Shown: in pieces, positions 12,901-24,489 of the stretch | How positions within the stretch are numbered: the stretch's first letter is position 1 | Layout of the letters: each line of letters begins with the position of its first letter | Source of the DNA: Rebecca billardiae RCC1528 | Taxonomy: Eukaryota; Protista; Haptophyta | Assembly (NCBI GenBank): GCA_965240325.2 | Contig: OZ251234.1 | Location: forward strand, 1,612,001-1,676,000 | Length of the DNA stretch: 64,000 nucleotides | Direction of reading: 5' to 3' | Notes under the pieces: generated by a model | The model's database searches: none | The model's input: only the letters and a program-made list of their open reading frames with translations | What the model was told of the DNA's origin: nothing | Program-made: the position numbers and the translations under genes

Positions 12901-14219
12901 TACGGCGCACCCACGATCGCGTCGGGCACGCCGTCATCGTCCAGGTCGCCGAGGCCACCAATGCAGAAGCCGAACCGCCCACCATTGGCCAGAATGGCGG
13001 GGAGTCCGCCCACGCCCGATGAGATTTGTGCGTCTCCCTTGACGGTGCCATTGGCGTGCAGGAAGAGCACCCGCGCCTCGCCGCGCTCGCTGTGGCGGAA
13101 CGGCGCGCCGACCATCACGTCTGTGACGTTGTCGCCATCCACGTCACCCAGCGATGCGATATCGGCGCCTATCGCGGAGACTTCCTCCACTGCGTGCGTG
13201 ATGCCGAGCGTGGACGACGAGATCTCGACGTAGGACTTGGTCGTGCCGGCCGGCGTGAGGAAGATGAACCAGCATGCTCCAGTCCGAAGGCACACGCCGA
13301 TGTCGGTGACGTTGTCGCCGTCGAGATCACCGAGAGACGTGAGGCCGTGGCCGAAGTAGGTCAAGGACCCGTAGGAGGCATCGAAACCGGGGGAGCCCTC
13401 GGAGACCATGTACTCGTCCTTGACGGTGCCGTCGGTGTTGAGGAGGAGGATGAAGACAGAGCCATCGCCGTATCCGCCTCCATACAGCATTCGCGAGGCC
13501 GAGACGAGAGCATCAGGGATTCCGTCGCCGTCGAAGTCTCCGAGTGCCGCCGTGCGATGTGCGAACATTTGGTTGGGGCTGACCGGCGTGCTCAGCCCAC
13601 CCAGGCCGTTTGAGATGATGGTGTAGGCCAGTACCATGTCTGGTGGCGGCGGCGGCAGCGGCGGGCTCGGCGGCGGGCTCGGCGGCGGGCTCGGTGGTGG
13701 TGGGCTCGGCGGCGGGCTCGGTGGTGGCGGGGTGGGGGGTAGGCTGGGTGGAGGCCTTGGCGGCGGGCTCAGTGCGGGTGGGCTCGGCGGCGGGCTCAGC
13801 GGTGGAGGGCTCGGCGGCTGGTTCGGCGGCGGTGGTGGAGAAGGCGGCTGGCTCGGTGGCGCGCTCGGCGGTGGCGGCGGCGAGCGCGGCAGCGGTGGTG
13901 GTGGGCTCGGCGGCTGGCTCGGCGGCGGTGGCGGTCCTGGCGGTAGGCTCGGCGGCGGGCTCAGCGGCGGGCTCGGCGGCGGGCTCGGCGACGGTGGTGG
14001 AGACGGCGGTGGCGGCTGCGGAGGTGGAGAAGGCGGCGGGCTCGGTGGCGCGCTCGGCGGCGGGTAAGGCGGCGCTGGCGGTGGATACGGCGACTGCAGC
14101 GGCGGGTAAGGCGGCTGCGGTGGTGGAGAAGGCGGCGGGCTCGGCGTTGGCTGTCCGCTGGCGAAGGTCAAGCTCGCGAGCACCGTCACAAGATGAAGAT
14201 TCACGTGGACGGCCCGCAT
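2142..14219 (-). CDS. Giant (~4,025 aa) single-exon cell-surface receptor-like protein: signal peptide, Pro-rich, FG-GAP propeller, extensin-like stalk, SEA-like, IPT/TIG repeats, REJ, EGF, GAIN/GPS, polycystin-1-like TM1-5
   Basis: Signal peptide MRAVHVNLHLVTVLASLTFASG (ATG 14219). FG-GAP/Ca-loop repeats (GDFDGDGIPD, GDLDGDNVTD, GDLDDDGVPDAIVGAP). IPT repeats (GPLGGGTRVTLTGAGF). REJ motifs (NRPPYGG, WTDDDAEDLPLRYRF). GPS CHFWNETEQRWSTEGC...CACDHLTDF. Five hydrophobic segments follow. Confidence 0.88.
9915..12445 (-). repeat. Coding Ser-Pro(3-4) tandem repeat region (extensin/pherophorin-like) with higher-order units
   Basis: About 840 codons of SPPP/APPP/TPPP. Recurring higher-order units such as SPPPTPPPPSPPPNPPPSPPPTPPPPSAPP(N/H) and PSQPPAPPPPRPSPPPSP. 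Confidence 0.95.
13640..14150 (-). repeat. N-terminal Pro-rich repeat of the giant protein
   Basis: PPSPPP/PPYPP repeats directly after the signal peptide. Confidence 0.9.
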
Positions 14220-15873
14220 CTTTTGCAGCAGCAATTTCGCGCTGGTTCCGAACCGAGGCCGAGAGGGTGGATTCGTGGGTAGCCCTGCCCTCCCCTGGTA
14301 CGCCGTGAAGGTAAGTGGAGATGGATACCGAGGTCCGAGACTCATCTATGGGCCATCATTCGTCAACTCTTCCCCTGATGGTCATACTGATTCAGAGTGG
14401 GTTCAGACTTGAGATCGAATCCAGAGGGAGCACCCCGAGCCATCTACTGAACAGTCCCATAATGATTATTGAGATTTACGGGTGTTGGACTCATTAGACT
14501 CACACATGCCACTCATGTGCGTTCTTATAGATTACTCTGAGTAAACTATGTATACCGATACAGTTAATCACTCAAGAATTTTTATCATTTGGAGTCTTGG
14601 ACTGGCAGTGAATTGTGTGCATACGTAGTATGCATCACAGGTAGATAACGAGTAATACCATTAGCATCCAGATATTGATCTCTGAATTCATCGTCATAAG
14701 TAGTTGTCGCCTGTCGGCATCCCAAAAAGGATGAAACCGGCCGAGCGGGAGGGAGACTCAGGTCCGGGCCGCGCGGGCTCTGGCGTCCTCTGCGCTGCTG
14801 CGCCGGCCCTCGCGGCGGGCCTCCCGGGCGCCACGGGGGCGGGCTCCTCTGCGGGTGTGGCCATCCGTGCTCTCCAACGAGCAGGTCGATCCGCAGGCCG
14901 CCGCAGTCGACGTCGACGACGGGCGTCGACCTGTATTGGGCGCTTGAGCTTTTCGCCGCACATTGCTCGGGCGGTGCCCCTGCCGAGCCCGGCGCGTCTA
15001 CATGCCCCGCCTTCAAGGAGCTCGTGGAAACCTACGCGCGCTTCCACAGTGACACCATGCGCGCTCTCGAGCGCGCGTGCGGGAGGGCGCACCCGCACGC
15101 CGTGGGGCCCGCGGGCGGCGGTGATGGCGGGGGGCTTGGTGAGGGACTGGGAGTCCGCCACCAGTCCGCCACCAGTCCCCCAGTCCTGGGACTGGGTGTT
15201 AGGCTCCTGCTGGTGTCGGAGGTGGGCCTCCGCGGGAGGGGCATGGGCTTCTTCGGGTGCCTGGTGGCCGACATGGTGCTCGTTGGCATGCGCACCGGCC
15301 GCGCCACGCTCTTCTTCTCGACCTGCCGCACGGCGTGGACTTCACGCGCTTGCTTCTTCGAGGGCCTCGGTGGATTCGACATGGGGCCGCCCGCGGCCGG
15401 GGGCGCGGCGGCACTCTCTGACCCGCCCGGGGCTGCGGGCGTCGAGGAGCAGACCTCATGGCAGGCGGCGCGAGCCCGGTGGCGCGCCAGCTGCCTGCGG
15501 GAGTGGCGCGTGCACGCGTCCCACCGCGGCCGCCCCGCCCTAGCCGTGGTGGACGGCTTGGAGCGCCACGCGGCCGAGGCGTGATGATGGTGACGGGCGC
15601 TCTGCTGGACGCGCAGGGGGGTCCTGGCCTGGGCTCGCGCAGCCCGCCGCCGCTGCAGGCCCGAGGCTGCAGGCCCGAGGCTGCAGCCCCCCCTCGTATT
15701 GTAGTACTAAGATGGTACGCGGCGCCGGCCATCGCGGATCGCCGGCGGCGTCGGCCATCGCCGTTCGGACATTCGCGTTCGGTCGCTCCGCCGGACGCTC
15801 CGCGTCTAGTCGTGACGCCCGTCTACTGTATGGCGGGTATGGATAGCTACAGCAACAGTCTGACGAACGACGA

Positions 15874-18800
15874 TCACGCGCGCCGTTGAACGCGTCGACC
15901 CGGCGGTGTGGGCGGCGGCTCGGCTGCGCCCGCGTCCAGCAGCACGCGCACCACGCGCTCGCTCGCCTCGCCGCGTCCCTGCGCGAGCGCGAGCGGCGTG
16001 TGCCCCGCCGCGTCGGGCTTGTTGAGCAGCGCGCCAGCGCCAAGCAACGCGCGCACGACGCGCACGCTATCGTCCTCCTCCTCCTCGCCCGCGCCCTCCT
16101 CCACCTCCTCCGCCGCCGCCGCCGCCGCCGGTGGCGCGGCGCCACGCTCCGGCGCCCGCGGCCGGCTCGGCTGCTGCACAGCGACATGCAGGGGCGTGCG
16201 CTGCGCGTCGTCTGCGCGGTTCACCGCCACGCCCGGCCGCGCGAGCAGCGCGGACACGCGGTGCGCGGCGCCCGCCTCGATCGCGGCGATCAGCGGCGAG
16301 CGCCCGTCGCGGTCGGGCCGGTTGACCGCCGCGCCACCGCGGAGCAGCTCCTCGACGCAGCCGTCCGCGCCGTGCGTGATCGCGATCATCAGGGCACACT
16401 CGCCGGTCGGGCCGTGCGCGCCGTCGGCCGACGCGCGCGCGCCGAGCAGCGCGCGCACGCAGCGCGCGCGACCCGCCTCGCACGCACGCGTGAGCGCCGT
16501 GTGTCCGTGCACGTCGGCGTGCTCTGTGCTTGCCTTGGCGCGCAGGAGCAGCCCGACACACTCGGAGAAGCCGCGCCCGCTCGCGCACGCCAGCGCCGAC
16601 TCGCCGCGCGCGTCGGGCGAGTGTGCGGCCGCGCCGGCGCCGAGCAGCGCGCGCGCGCACACCCAGTGGCCGCGCGCGGCCGCGTGCCACAGCGCGGTGC
16701 GGCCGTCGTCGTCGTCGTCGTCGACGCGCGCGCGCGCCTGGAGCAGGGCGCGCACGGTTGCCTCGGCGCCGCGCGCGCTCGCGAGCGCGAGCACCGTGCG
16801 CGGCCCTTGCGTGCGCAGAGCGCAGTTTGGGTCCGCCCGCGCGCCGAGAAGCTCCACAGCGCACGCGCCATGACCGCCCGCCACCGCGGCGCACAGCGCG
16901 GTGCGATCGTCGCGCGCGGCGGCGAGCGCGAGGACGCTGGCAACGTCGACGCCGGCCGCGCCGGCCGCGTGCCGCAGCAGCAGCCGCAGGCACGCGAGCT
17001 GGCCGCCCGCCGCCGCGTGCGTGAGGGCACTCCAGCCGGCGCCGTCCGCACGCGCGACGTCGGCGCGAGCGCGCAGCAGCGCGGCCGCGCGCGACACGCC
17101 GCCGGCGGCGCACACCGCCATGAGCGCGGTCACGCCGCGCGCATCCGGGAGGTCGGGGTCGCAGCCGGCGGCGAGGAGCGCGCCGAGCGCGCCGCCGCCG
17201 GCCGCCGTCGTCTGGGGAAGCTCCGTCTCCGCGCCCGCGGCGCCCGCGCTGCCATCCGCGCCGCTGCCGCTGCCCGCCGCCGCAGCCAGCAGCAGCGCTG
17301 GCGCACCGTCGCGCGTTCGCGCCGGCAGCGCGGCCGAGGGGTCGGCGGACGCGCTCAGAAGCGCGGACGCGCACGCGCCGCGGCCACTGTCCGCGGCGCG
17401 CAGCAGGGGCGTCCAGCCGCGCGCGTCGGCCGCGCTCGCGTCCGCGCCCGCCTCGAGCAGCGCGCGCGCGCACGGCACGGAGCCTGCCATTGCCGCCACA
17501 TGCAGCGCGCTCTCGCGCTCGGCGGTGCGCTGCGCCGCGTCCGCGCCCGCCCTGAGCAGCGCCAGGCACAGGTCTGCGCGGCCGGCGGCGCACGCGCGCA
17601 TCAGCGCAGTGCGCGCCGGACAGCCCGCGCTACCGCCCAGCTCGGCGCCACTCGCGCGCACGAGCTGCGCACACGCCTCAATGGCGGGTGTGTCGGCCAC
17701 GCCCGCAGCCGCCGCGCCGTCGAGCCAGCGCGCACACCCCAGCACCAACTGCTGCTGCTGCTGCTGCGGCGGCGGCGACCCCGGCTGCGGCGGCGGCGCG
17801 GCTGAGCTGCCGCCACCGTGCGCCAGAGATGGATCGGAAGTCGCCGCCGCGTCGCTCGGGGGGGGCGGGCTGGCGGCGAGTGTGGCCAGTGCGTCCGCTG
17901 CGCCCGCGGCGGGCTCGGGGCCGGGGGAGATTGGATCTCCCTGGTCGGCGCGTGGCGCCATCAGAGCCCAGCACCGCTGCAGCGCCGCGCGCAGCGCCGC
18001 ACCCGCGCCTGCGTCGCCCGCGCCTTGCCCGCCCGGCGCCGCGCGCCTCAGGTGAACCGCAGCAAGGGCAAGATGGCCGACGGCGGCGCGCGCTGGCGGG
18101 AGCCGGCCTCCGAGCGGCGCGCCGCTCTGCCCCGCGCCGCCCGCCTCGCCCCCCGCCGAGCGCAGCCACGCGCACACGAGCGCGTGCCGCGGCAGCAGCC
18201 GTTGCTCCGCCCAGCGCGCCGCGTCCGGCGGGGCCGCGCCGGCGTCCGGCGCGCCACTCGGCCGACGGCGCGCGCGGCGCGCGCGGCTGGCGGTGGCGCC
18301 GGCCGCGGGCGGCAGCGCGCGCAGCAGCGGCGAGATCGCTCGCACGAACGCGAGCGTGGCCTCACCAAGCCAGGCGCCGCTCACGCCGCCATCGCCGGCT
18401 CCACGGCCGCCGCCGCCTCGCGTGCCGCCGCCGCCCGCGCTGCTGCGCCGCCGCGCGCTGGCGGCGGCCCCGCCGCCGCCGCCGCCGCCGCCGCCTGTGG
18501 CGCCATCTTCGGCCACCAGCGCCGCGAGGAGCGCACACGCGTTGCGCGCCAGCTCGGCCGCGCTGAGCGGCGCCGCCGCCGTGCGCGCGGCGCGCGGCGC
18601 CTCTGCCGTCGCCAGCAGCAGCCCCAGCACAAGCTGGGCGCACGCGAGCACCCGCAGCTCGGTGGCGAGGCCAGCATGACCGCCGCCGCCCCTGCCGCCG
18701 CCCCTGCCGCCGCCCCCGTCGCCGCGTGCGCGCGCGTTTGCGTCATCCGCCGCGCGAAGCGCGGCGTCGAGCGCGCGGCGCAGCACGCGGTCAAACAGCG

Positions 18801-19936
18801 CCTGCTCCGAGCCCGCGCACTCGCTCACGTCGTGCAGCCCGCCTTCGCCCGCGGCGCGCGCCAGCCGCGCGCCCACTGCGGCATGCAGTTTCGAGCCTTG
18901 GGCGGCCTTGCACACGGCGGAGGCGACGGCGGCGTCAGGCACGGGGGCGCGCGCGGCGGCGTCGGCGCCGCGTGGGCGGACGAGCACGTGCAGCGCCGCG
19001 TGCTCGTCCGCGCGCGCCAGCGCCTCCTCCGCCACCGCCCGCACGTCCCGAGCGTGCCTGGTGGCAGCCTCCGCCTCCGCCTCCGCCTCCGCCTCCGCCT
19101 CCGCCTCCTCTGCCGCGCGCGCGGCATGCAAGCCGCCGGCGCCGCCGGCGCGCAGCCGCAGCGTGCGCACGCCAGGCGTGGGCGTGGGGACGATGGCGGC
19201 AGAGCGCGCGCTCGCGACGACGGTGAGCCGCGGCGGGAGCTGGCCCGCGTGCACCGCGCTCGCCAGCGCGTGCGCCACCGAGCCCTCCGGCGCGCCGGTG
19301 CCGGCGGCTGTTCCTGTGACAGTGTCCACGCTAGCCGCAAGCAGCAGTAGCAGCGGCGTGCGCTCCGACACGTCCGAGCCGTCGAGAGAACGCAGGGGCG
19401 CCCACACGAGCCGCTCCATCATCGCCGCGCCGCCCTCGCCGCCCTGCGGCCCCGCCGCCCCCGCCGCCGCCTCGGCCGTCACCGCCGCCTCGGCCGCGCG
19501 AAGCGCTCGCTCGTCTGCCTGTGTGCGCGCCCACGCGTCGTACCGTGGCAGCGCGTGCCGCAGCTGCGCGGCGGTGTTGCGCGCCCACGCGCGCGCGCTC
19601 AGCGTCTCGGCGTGCTCCGCGAGGCACCAGTGGTGCGCGATCACGCGCGGCTCCGCCTCGCCGCCGCCGCGGTCTCCGCCGCCGCCGTCCGCGCCGGTTG
19701 CAATCGCGCGCGAGGGCTGCAGCGCCAGCTGCGCCATCAGCGTGGAGAGGCCCGTGCCCGGCGGGCCGACGAGCAGCACAAGCGTGGGCGAACGCGCGCC
19801 ATCGTCCGCCGCTCGCGCCTCCGCGCCCGCCGCGCCGCCGCGCGCAATCTCACCCACGAGCCGAAGCGTCTGCTCGGCGCCGCCGTCAAAGCACGGCGCG
19901 TGCGCGCGTGCCGTGCGCGCGAAGAGCTCGTCGAGG

Positions 19937-19968
<32 letters not shown>

Positions 19969-20247
19969 TGGATCCGGGAACACTGGCTCGGGATCGCGCT
20001 CGAGATCCGACGCGCCGTCCGCCCCGCGCTCGCCATGCTCGCCTCCTCGCACGCGCGCGCCCAGCGAGGCGAACAGCGCGCTCGCCATCGCCGTGGCGGC
20101 GTGTGGCGCGTGGAAGGGCGAGCGCTCAGACCACGACGAGCCCGACGACTTCTTCAGCGCGGCACTCGGCGAGGCGCCATCTGGCGCATCGGCGCCAGCC
20201 GCGACCGCGCCGCCGTGCTCCGCGGCGGTGGCCTGCTGCGCGCCCAT
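15874..20247 (-). CDS. NACHT/P-loop-like plus ankyrin-repeat protein (TANC/rolling-pebbles-like architecture) with degenerate Walker A
   Basis: LVLLVGPPGTGLSTLMAQL followed by IAHHWCLAEHAETLSARAWARNTAAQL, resembling the NACHT-ANK 'AYHFC' segment. More than 12 ankyrin repeats (G.TAL..A...G....V..LL..GA). Start uncertain; MGAQQ at 20247 chosen. Confidence 0.8.
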
Positions 20248-20527
20248 CCTGTGGCCGATTGGGATTTGTTGATGTAATCTGCCGCGCGCCAATTTTGGGC
20301 CCATTGCCCGTACGGTCTGTTTGTGGCGGTGTCTTTGTGCAGTGTTGGATGGCGTCAATCACGCCTTAACCAAGTGTGCACGTTAGTTGATACCGCGTCA
20401 GGCGCAGTCCGTCATCCGACACGGCCCAGGCCCCGATCCTGCAAGGTGCACCATCCTGATGCTCCCCGACCCCATCTCCGGCTCCGCTCACCGCGCGCTG
20501 CTAGGTATTCATGACTCACTACTACCG

Positions 20528-23500
20528 TCACTTGCCGCGCGGCCGCGAGCGCAGGCGCGCGGCGATGGGCGTCGGCTCTGGCGGCGCGCCGTCCTGCGCG
20601 CACGTACGCGGCCACGGGGCGGCATGGCGCGGGCGCGGCGCGCGTCAGGTGCGGCGCGCGCGGCGGCGCGCGCGAGCCGCGCGCGGGGCGCCTCGTGCTG
20701 CGCGCACCTTGGGCTTCCGCCCCATCTTGATGGGACCAAGCTTGAAGCCCCGACCGGCGCCGTCCGCCTTGGCCGCCGCCTTGCGGCTTGCCGCCTCCTG
20801 CGCCGCGGCGACGCGCGCGGCAATCTCGGCGGTGCGCGCGCTCGAGGTCTGCCCATCGGCCGCGCCTGACGGCGCCACGCCCGTCGCGAGCGCGTCCGCG
20901 TCGATCTCGAGCAGCGGCGCGCGCGCGCCCTCCGAGCCGCCCACCGAGCGCTGTCGCTTGCTCTCGGGCGCGCCGCCGCCCGCCTCTGGTTCGGCCGGCG
21001 CGCCGTCTTGCTCGGCCGCGCCGTGCTCGGCGGCGGCGCCGTCGGGCGCCGCCGCGGGCGCGTCGCTCGGCGCGGGCGTGAGCTTGCGCTTGCCGGGGCT
21101 CGGCAGCGCCGCCGCCGCCGCCGCCGCCGCCGAGGACGCCGCCCCCGCCGCGCAGCCAGTCAGCACAAACCCGACTCCATCGCCCGTGCGCGTGCGCCGC
21201 AGCTCGCCGCTGTATACCACGGTCGGGGCGCGCTCGTGCGGCAGTTGAGGCACGCCGTCGGCTGCGTGCGCCGCGTCGGTGGGCGCGGCCGCCTGCGCGA
21301 GCGCACGCGGCGCACGCGCGCGCGCGCGGCTCAGCGCGCGCGCCACCTCGCGCGCGATCCCGTGCGCCCGTGCCGCGCGCGCACGGCTGGGCGGCGCGCG
21401 TGCCGGCACAGCCGCTCACACACCTCGAGCGCGCAATGTTCGTACCGCAGACCGGCCGCGGAGAGCAGGGCGCCCTTGTCCGGCAACCGCTCGTGCTCGC
21501 CCACCACCAGCGTGCGCGAGCCGCCCTGCCCGTGCGGCTTCGCCGACGCGTCCGCCGGGCCCTTGGCCACCCGTGAGCCCGCGCGCGCGAGCCGCGCGCG
21601 CACCCCAGCGCTGGGCGTGGGCGGCGCGCCATGCTGCTGCAGGTTGAACTGCGCCACCGCAATCATCTCGTTGAGCCGCGCCTCGAGCACGCCCACGCGC
21701 TCCGCCAGCCGCGCCTTCTCCTTCTGCTCCGCGCCCAGCTGGAACTCGAGGGTCTCGACCTCCTGCTCGCACGGCGCAGCGCGGCGCAGCGCGGCACAGG
21801 GCAGCGCAGCGCGGCAGGCAGACACAGGCGGGCGGGCGGGCGCGGCGGGCGGCGTCGGCGTCGGTGACGCGATGTCCTACGCACCGCACGGCACGTCTCG
21901 GCTCGCGCGCGCGCGCGCGCGCGGCGCGCACCAGCCGCATGTTAGTCGCGAGCTGCGTCTCGATCTCGTCGTGCTGCGCCTCGTGCTGCGCGCCCGCGCG
22001 CGCCTCGGCCGCGGCCGCGGCCGCCTCGGCCGCCGCTGCGGCGGCCTCGGCCGCATCGGCGCGCGCGCGAAGCGCCGCAGCCTCCTGCCGCGCGGCCGCC
22101 GCATCCGCGAGCGCACGCGCCTCTGCGGCGCGCGCGCCGTCAAGCTCGGCGCGCATCGTGACGAGCGCGGCGCCCTCCGCCGCGCCGAGCTGCGCGCGCA
22201 GCCCTGCCTCAGCCTGCGCGCCCGCCGCCCGGAGCGCATCGAGCTGCGCGCCGTGCGCTGCGCTCAGCTCCGCCAGCTGCGCCTCCTGCCGGGCGCTCAG
22301 ACCGCCGAGCGCGTGCGCGTGCTCGGCGCGAAGCTGCGCGAGTGCGGACGCGTGCGCTTCGTCCTTGGAGACGAGCGCGCGCTCGTACTCCTTGACGCGC
22401 TCGACGAGCTGGAGGTGCGACGTGGTCGACTCGCGCTCCTGCCTCTGCGCCGAGTGTTGCTTGATCAACGACAGTTGGCGCGAGTGCCTCTCCTGTGCAC
22501 ACGACGAGTCCAGCCGGCCGCGGTAGACTGCCTCCATCTGCGCGGCGCGGAGCGTCGGACGCGCGCGCGTCAGCCCGTGCGCCTCGCTCGGGCCGTGCCC
22601 ACGCGTCCTTCCCCTCCCAGCCCACGCCGCCCTCTCCCCTTTCCTCCCCGCACGCCCTCCCCAGCCGCCCGCCCCCCGGCGCAAGCCGCATTTGCACCTG
22701 TGCCAGCCTCTCATTCATCTCCTCCGCCACCTCCGCACGGATCTGCGGCTCGAGCGCGATGGCGCGCTGCTTCTCCTCGAGGAGCCTCTGCCGCAGCGCG
22801 TGCAGCTGCGCGTGCAGCTCGGCCACGTCGTTCGTCAGCGGCCCGTCCAGCCCGGCGCCGTCCAACTCATCGCCGTCGGTGCCGTCGTCGTCCATGGGCG
22901 GCAGCGGCGGCGGCGGCGGACGCTTCGACGGCACAACGTGCTGCTGCTGCTGCTGCCGCAGCGCCGCGGCCGCGTGCGCGGCGCCGACGTACTTGCTCTC
23001 CATCGGCTGCACCTCGCGCGCGACGGCGGAGAAGCGCAGCGTGTGCGCCGTCTCGTCCGCGTCCGCCGCCCGCGGGTGAACAGCCACGACCATCGCCATC
23101 GTCGACGGGGTCGCACCGCCGCCGCCGCCGCCGCCGCCCGCGCCGCCGCCCGCCTTGTGCGCGGGCTGCTCCACAAAGTAGTCGTGCAGCAGCCGCGTGA
23201 CGCGCGACTCGCGGAAGGGGACGACGCGCGGCGGCGCGCCCTTCGGCCGCGTCGCGTTCGCGCGGAGCACCTCCATGCACCGCCCGAGCGTGAGCAGCGA
23301 CGTGTTGATCTTGGTGGCTTCCTTGAGGCGCGCGCCGCCCGTGTGCGTGCGTGTGACGCGCTCGGCGCCCGCCAGGTCCACCACGCAGAGCCGCGAGACG
23401 GAGTCGGGCGCGGGGCCGCCGAGGCGGCAGAGCTGCAGCGTGAGCAGCGCGTGCGAGCGCGACGAGTCCGAGTTGAGCCGCGTCTGCGCCACCTGCCGCT

Positions 23501-24323
23501 GCTGCGCGCCGTACTGCACCACCGCCACCGCCTCCTCCAGCGATGACACCGCTACTTCCTTCAGCCCCGGGATCACCGTGCGCCCGCACCCGTCCTCCTT
23601 CGTCTTGAGCGCGACGCGCTGCACGTGGATGCCCGAGACCTGGTCGGCGAGCAGGTCGTACACCTGCTCGTTGTACACCTCGAGGTACGACAGCACCACG
23701 CGGTGCGAGCACTGCACGTCCACGGCGGCGCCGCCGAGCGCGTCGAGTGCGCACGACTCGAGCGAGCCGAGCGCCTGCGTCGCGCGCCGCGTCTCGACCT
23801 CGTCGAGCGCGTCGAAGACGAGGCCGAGCGCGCGGGTCAGCACGCCGCCGTCCTCGCGGCTCCCCTGGATGGTGTGCGTCTTGCCCGCGTTCGTCACGCC
23901 GTACGCGAAGAGCAGCGCGTCGCGTCCGAGGAAGATGTCGCGCACGAGCGGCCGCGTCGTGTGCTCAAACAGCTGCGCGTTGGTCACCTCAGGGCCAAAG
24001 GCGTGGGTGAAGGTGTACTTCTCGCGCGTGGGTGGCTCGGCCGAGCCGGCCACCGGCCGCGTGAGCAGCAGCTCCGTCTCGGAGAGCAGCTCGACGCACG
24101 TGTCGTCCTCGGGCGGCGTCGGGCGCACGCGCACGTACACCTTCAGCGCAGCTGCAGCGGCGGCAGCGGCGGCGGCGGCGGCGCCGTCGGCCGGCGCGGC
24201 GGACGCGGCGTCAAGAGAGCTCCCGGTCAGCCCCATCGACGGTGTGCCCGCCCCATCCGCCCCGCCGGCCCCGCCCAGCTCGGCCTCAAAGTGCAGAGCG
24301 CGGATCACCTCGTCGTCGGCCAT
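20528..24323 (-). CDS. Kinesin-6 family motor (KIF20/KIF23-like), spliced
   Basis: KVYVRVRP, P-loop FAYGVTNAGKT (kinesin-6 style), SYLEVYNE, NSDSSRSH, DLAGAER, VPFRESRVT, then coiled coil. GT-AG introns at 22538-22697, ~21763-21931, ~21293-21423 and ~20594-20707. Last exon ends TPIAARLRSRPRGK*. Confidence 0.9.
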
Positions 24324-24489
24324 GATCCGATTCAATTTCGGCCGTTTCGTGTCCGGCTGACACGACTCTGTCGTGTGAGGGCATCCGGACTGCCCACCAA
24401 CCGCATCGGCGGCATCGCTCATCGCTACGTCCGTGCGTCGCGCTGCCGCCGGCCGGCCGTGTCGCGTGGCGAGTGCTCCGCCGTGGTTG

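Noticed and set aside
14585-14720. YDDEFRDQYL as a possible viral capsid fragment
   Set aside because: Too short, and surrounded by stop codons.
15886-20369. Many long overlapping Arg/Ala-rich ORFs here and throughout the window
   Set aside because: Expected from scarce stop codons at very high GC; they overlap better-supported genes.
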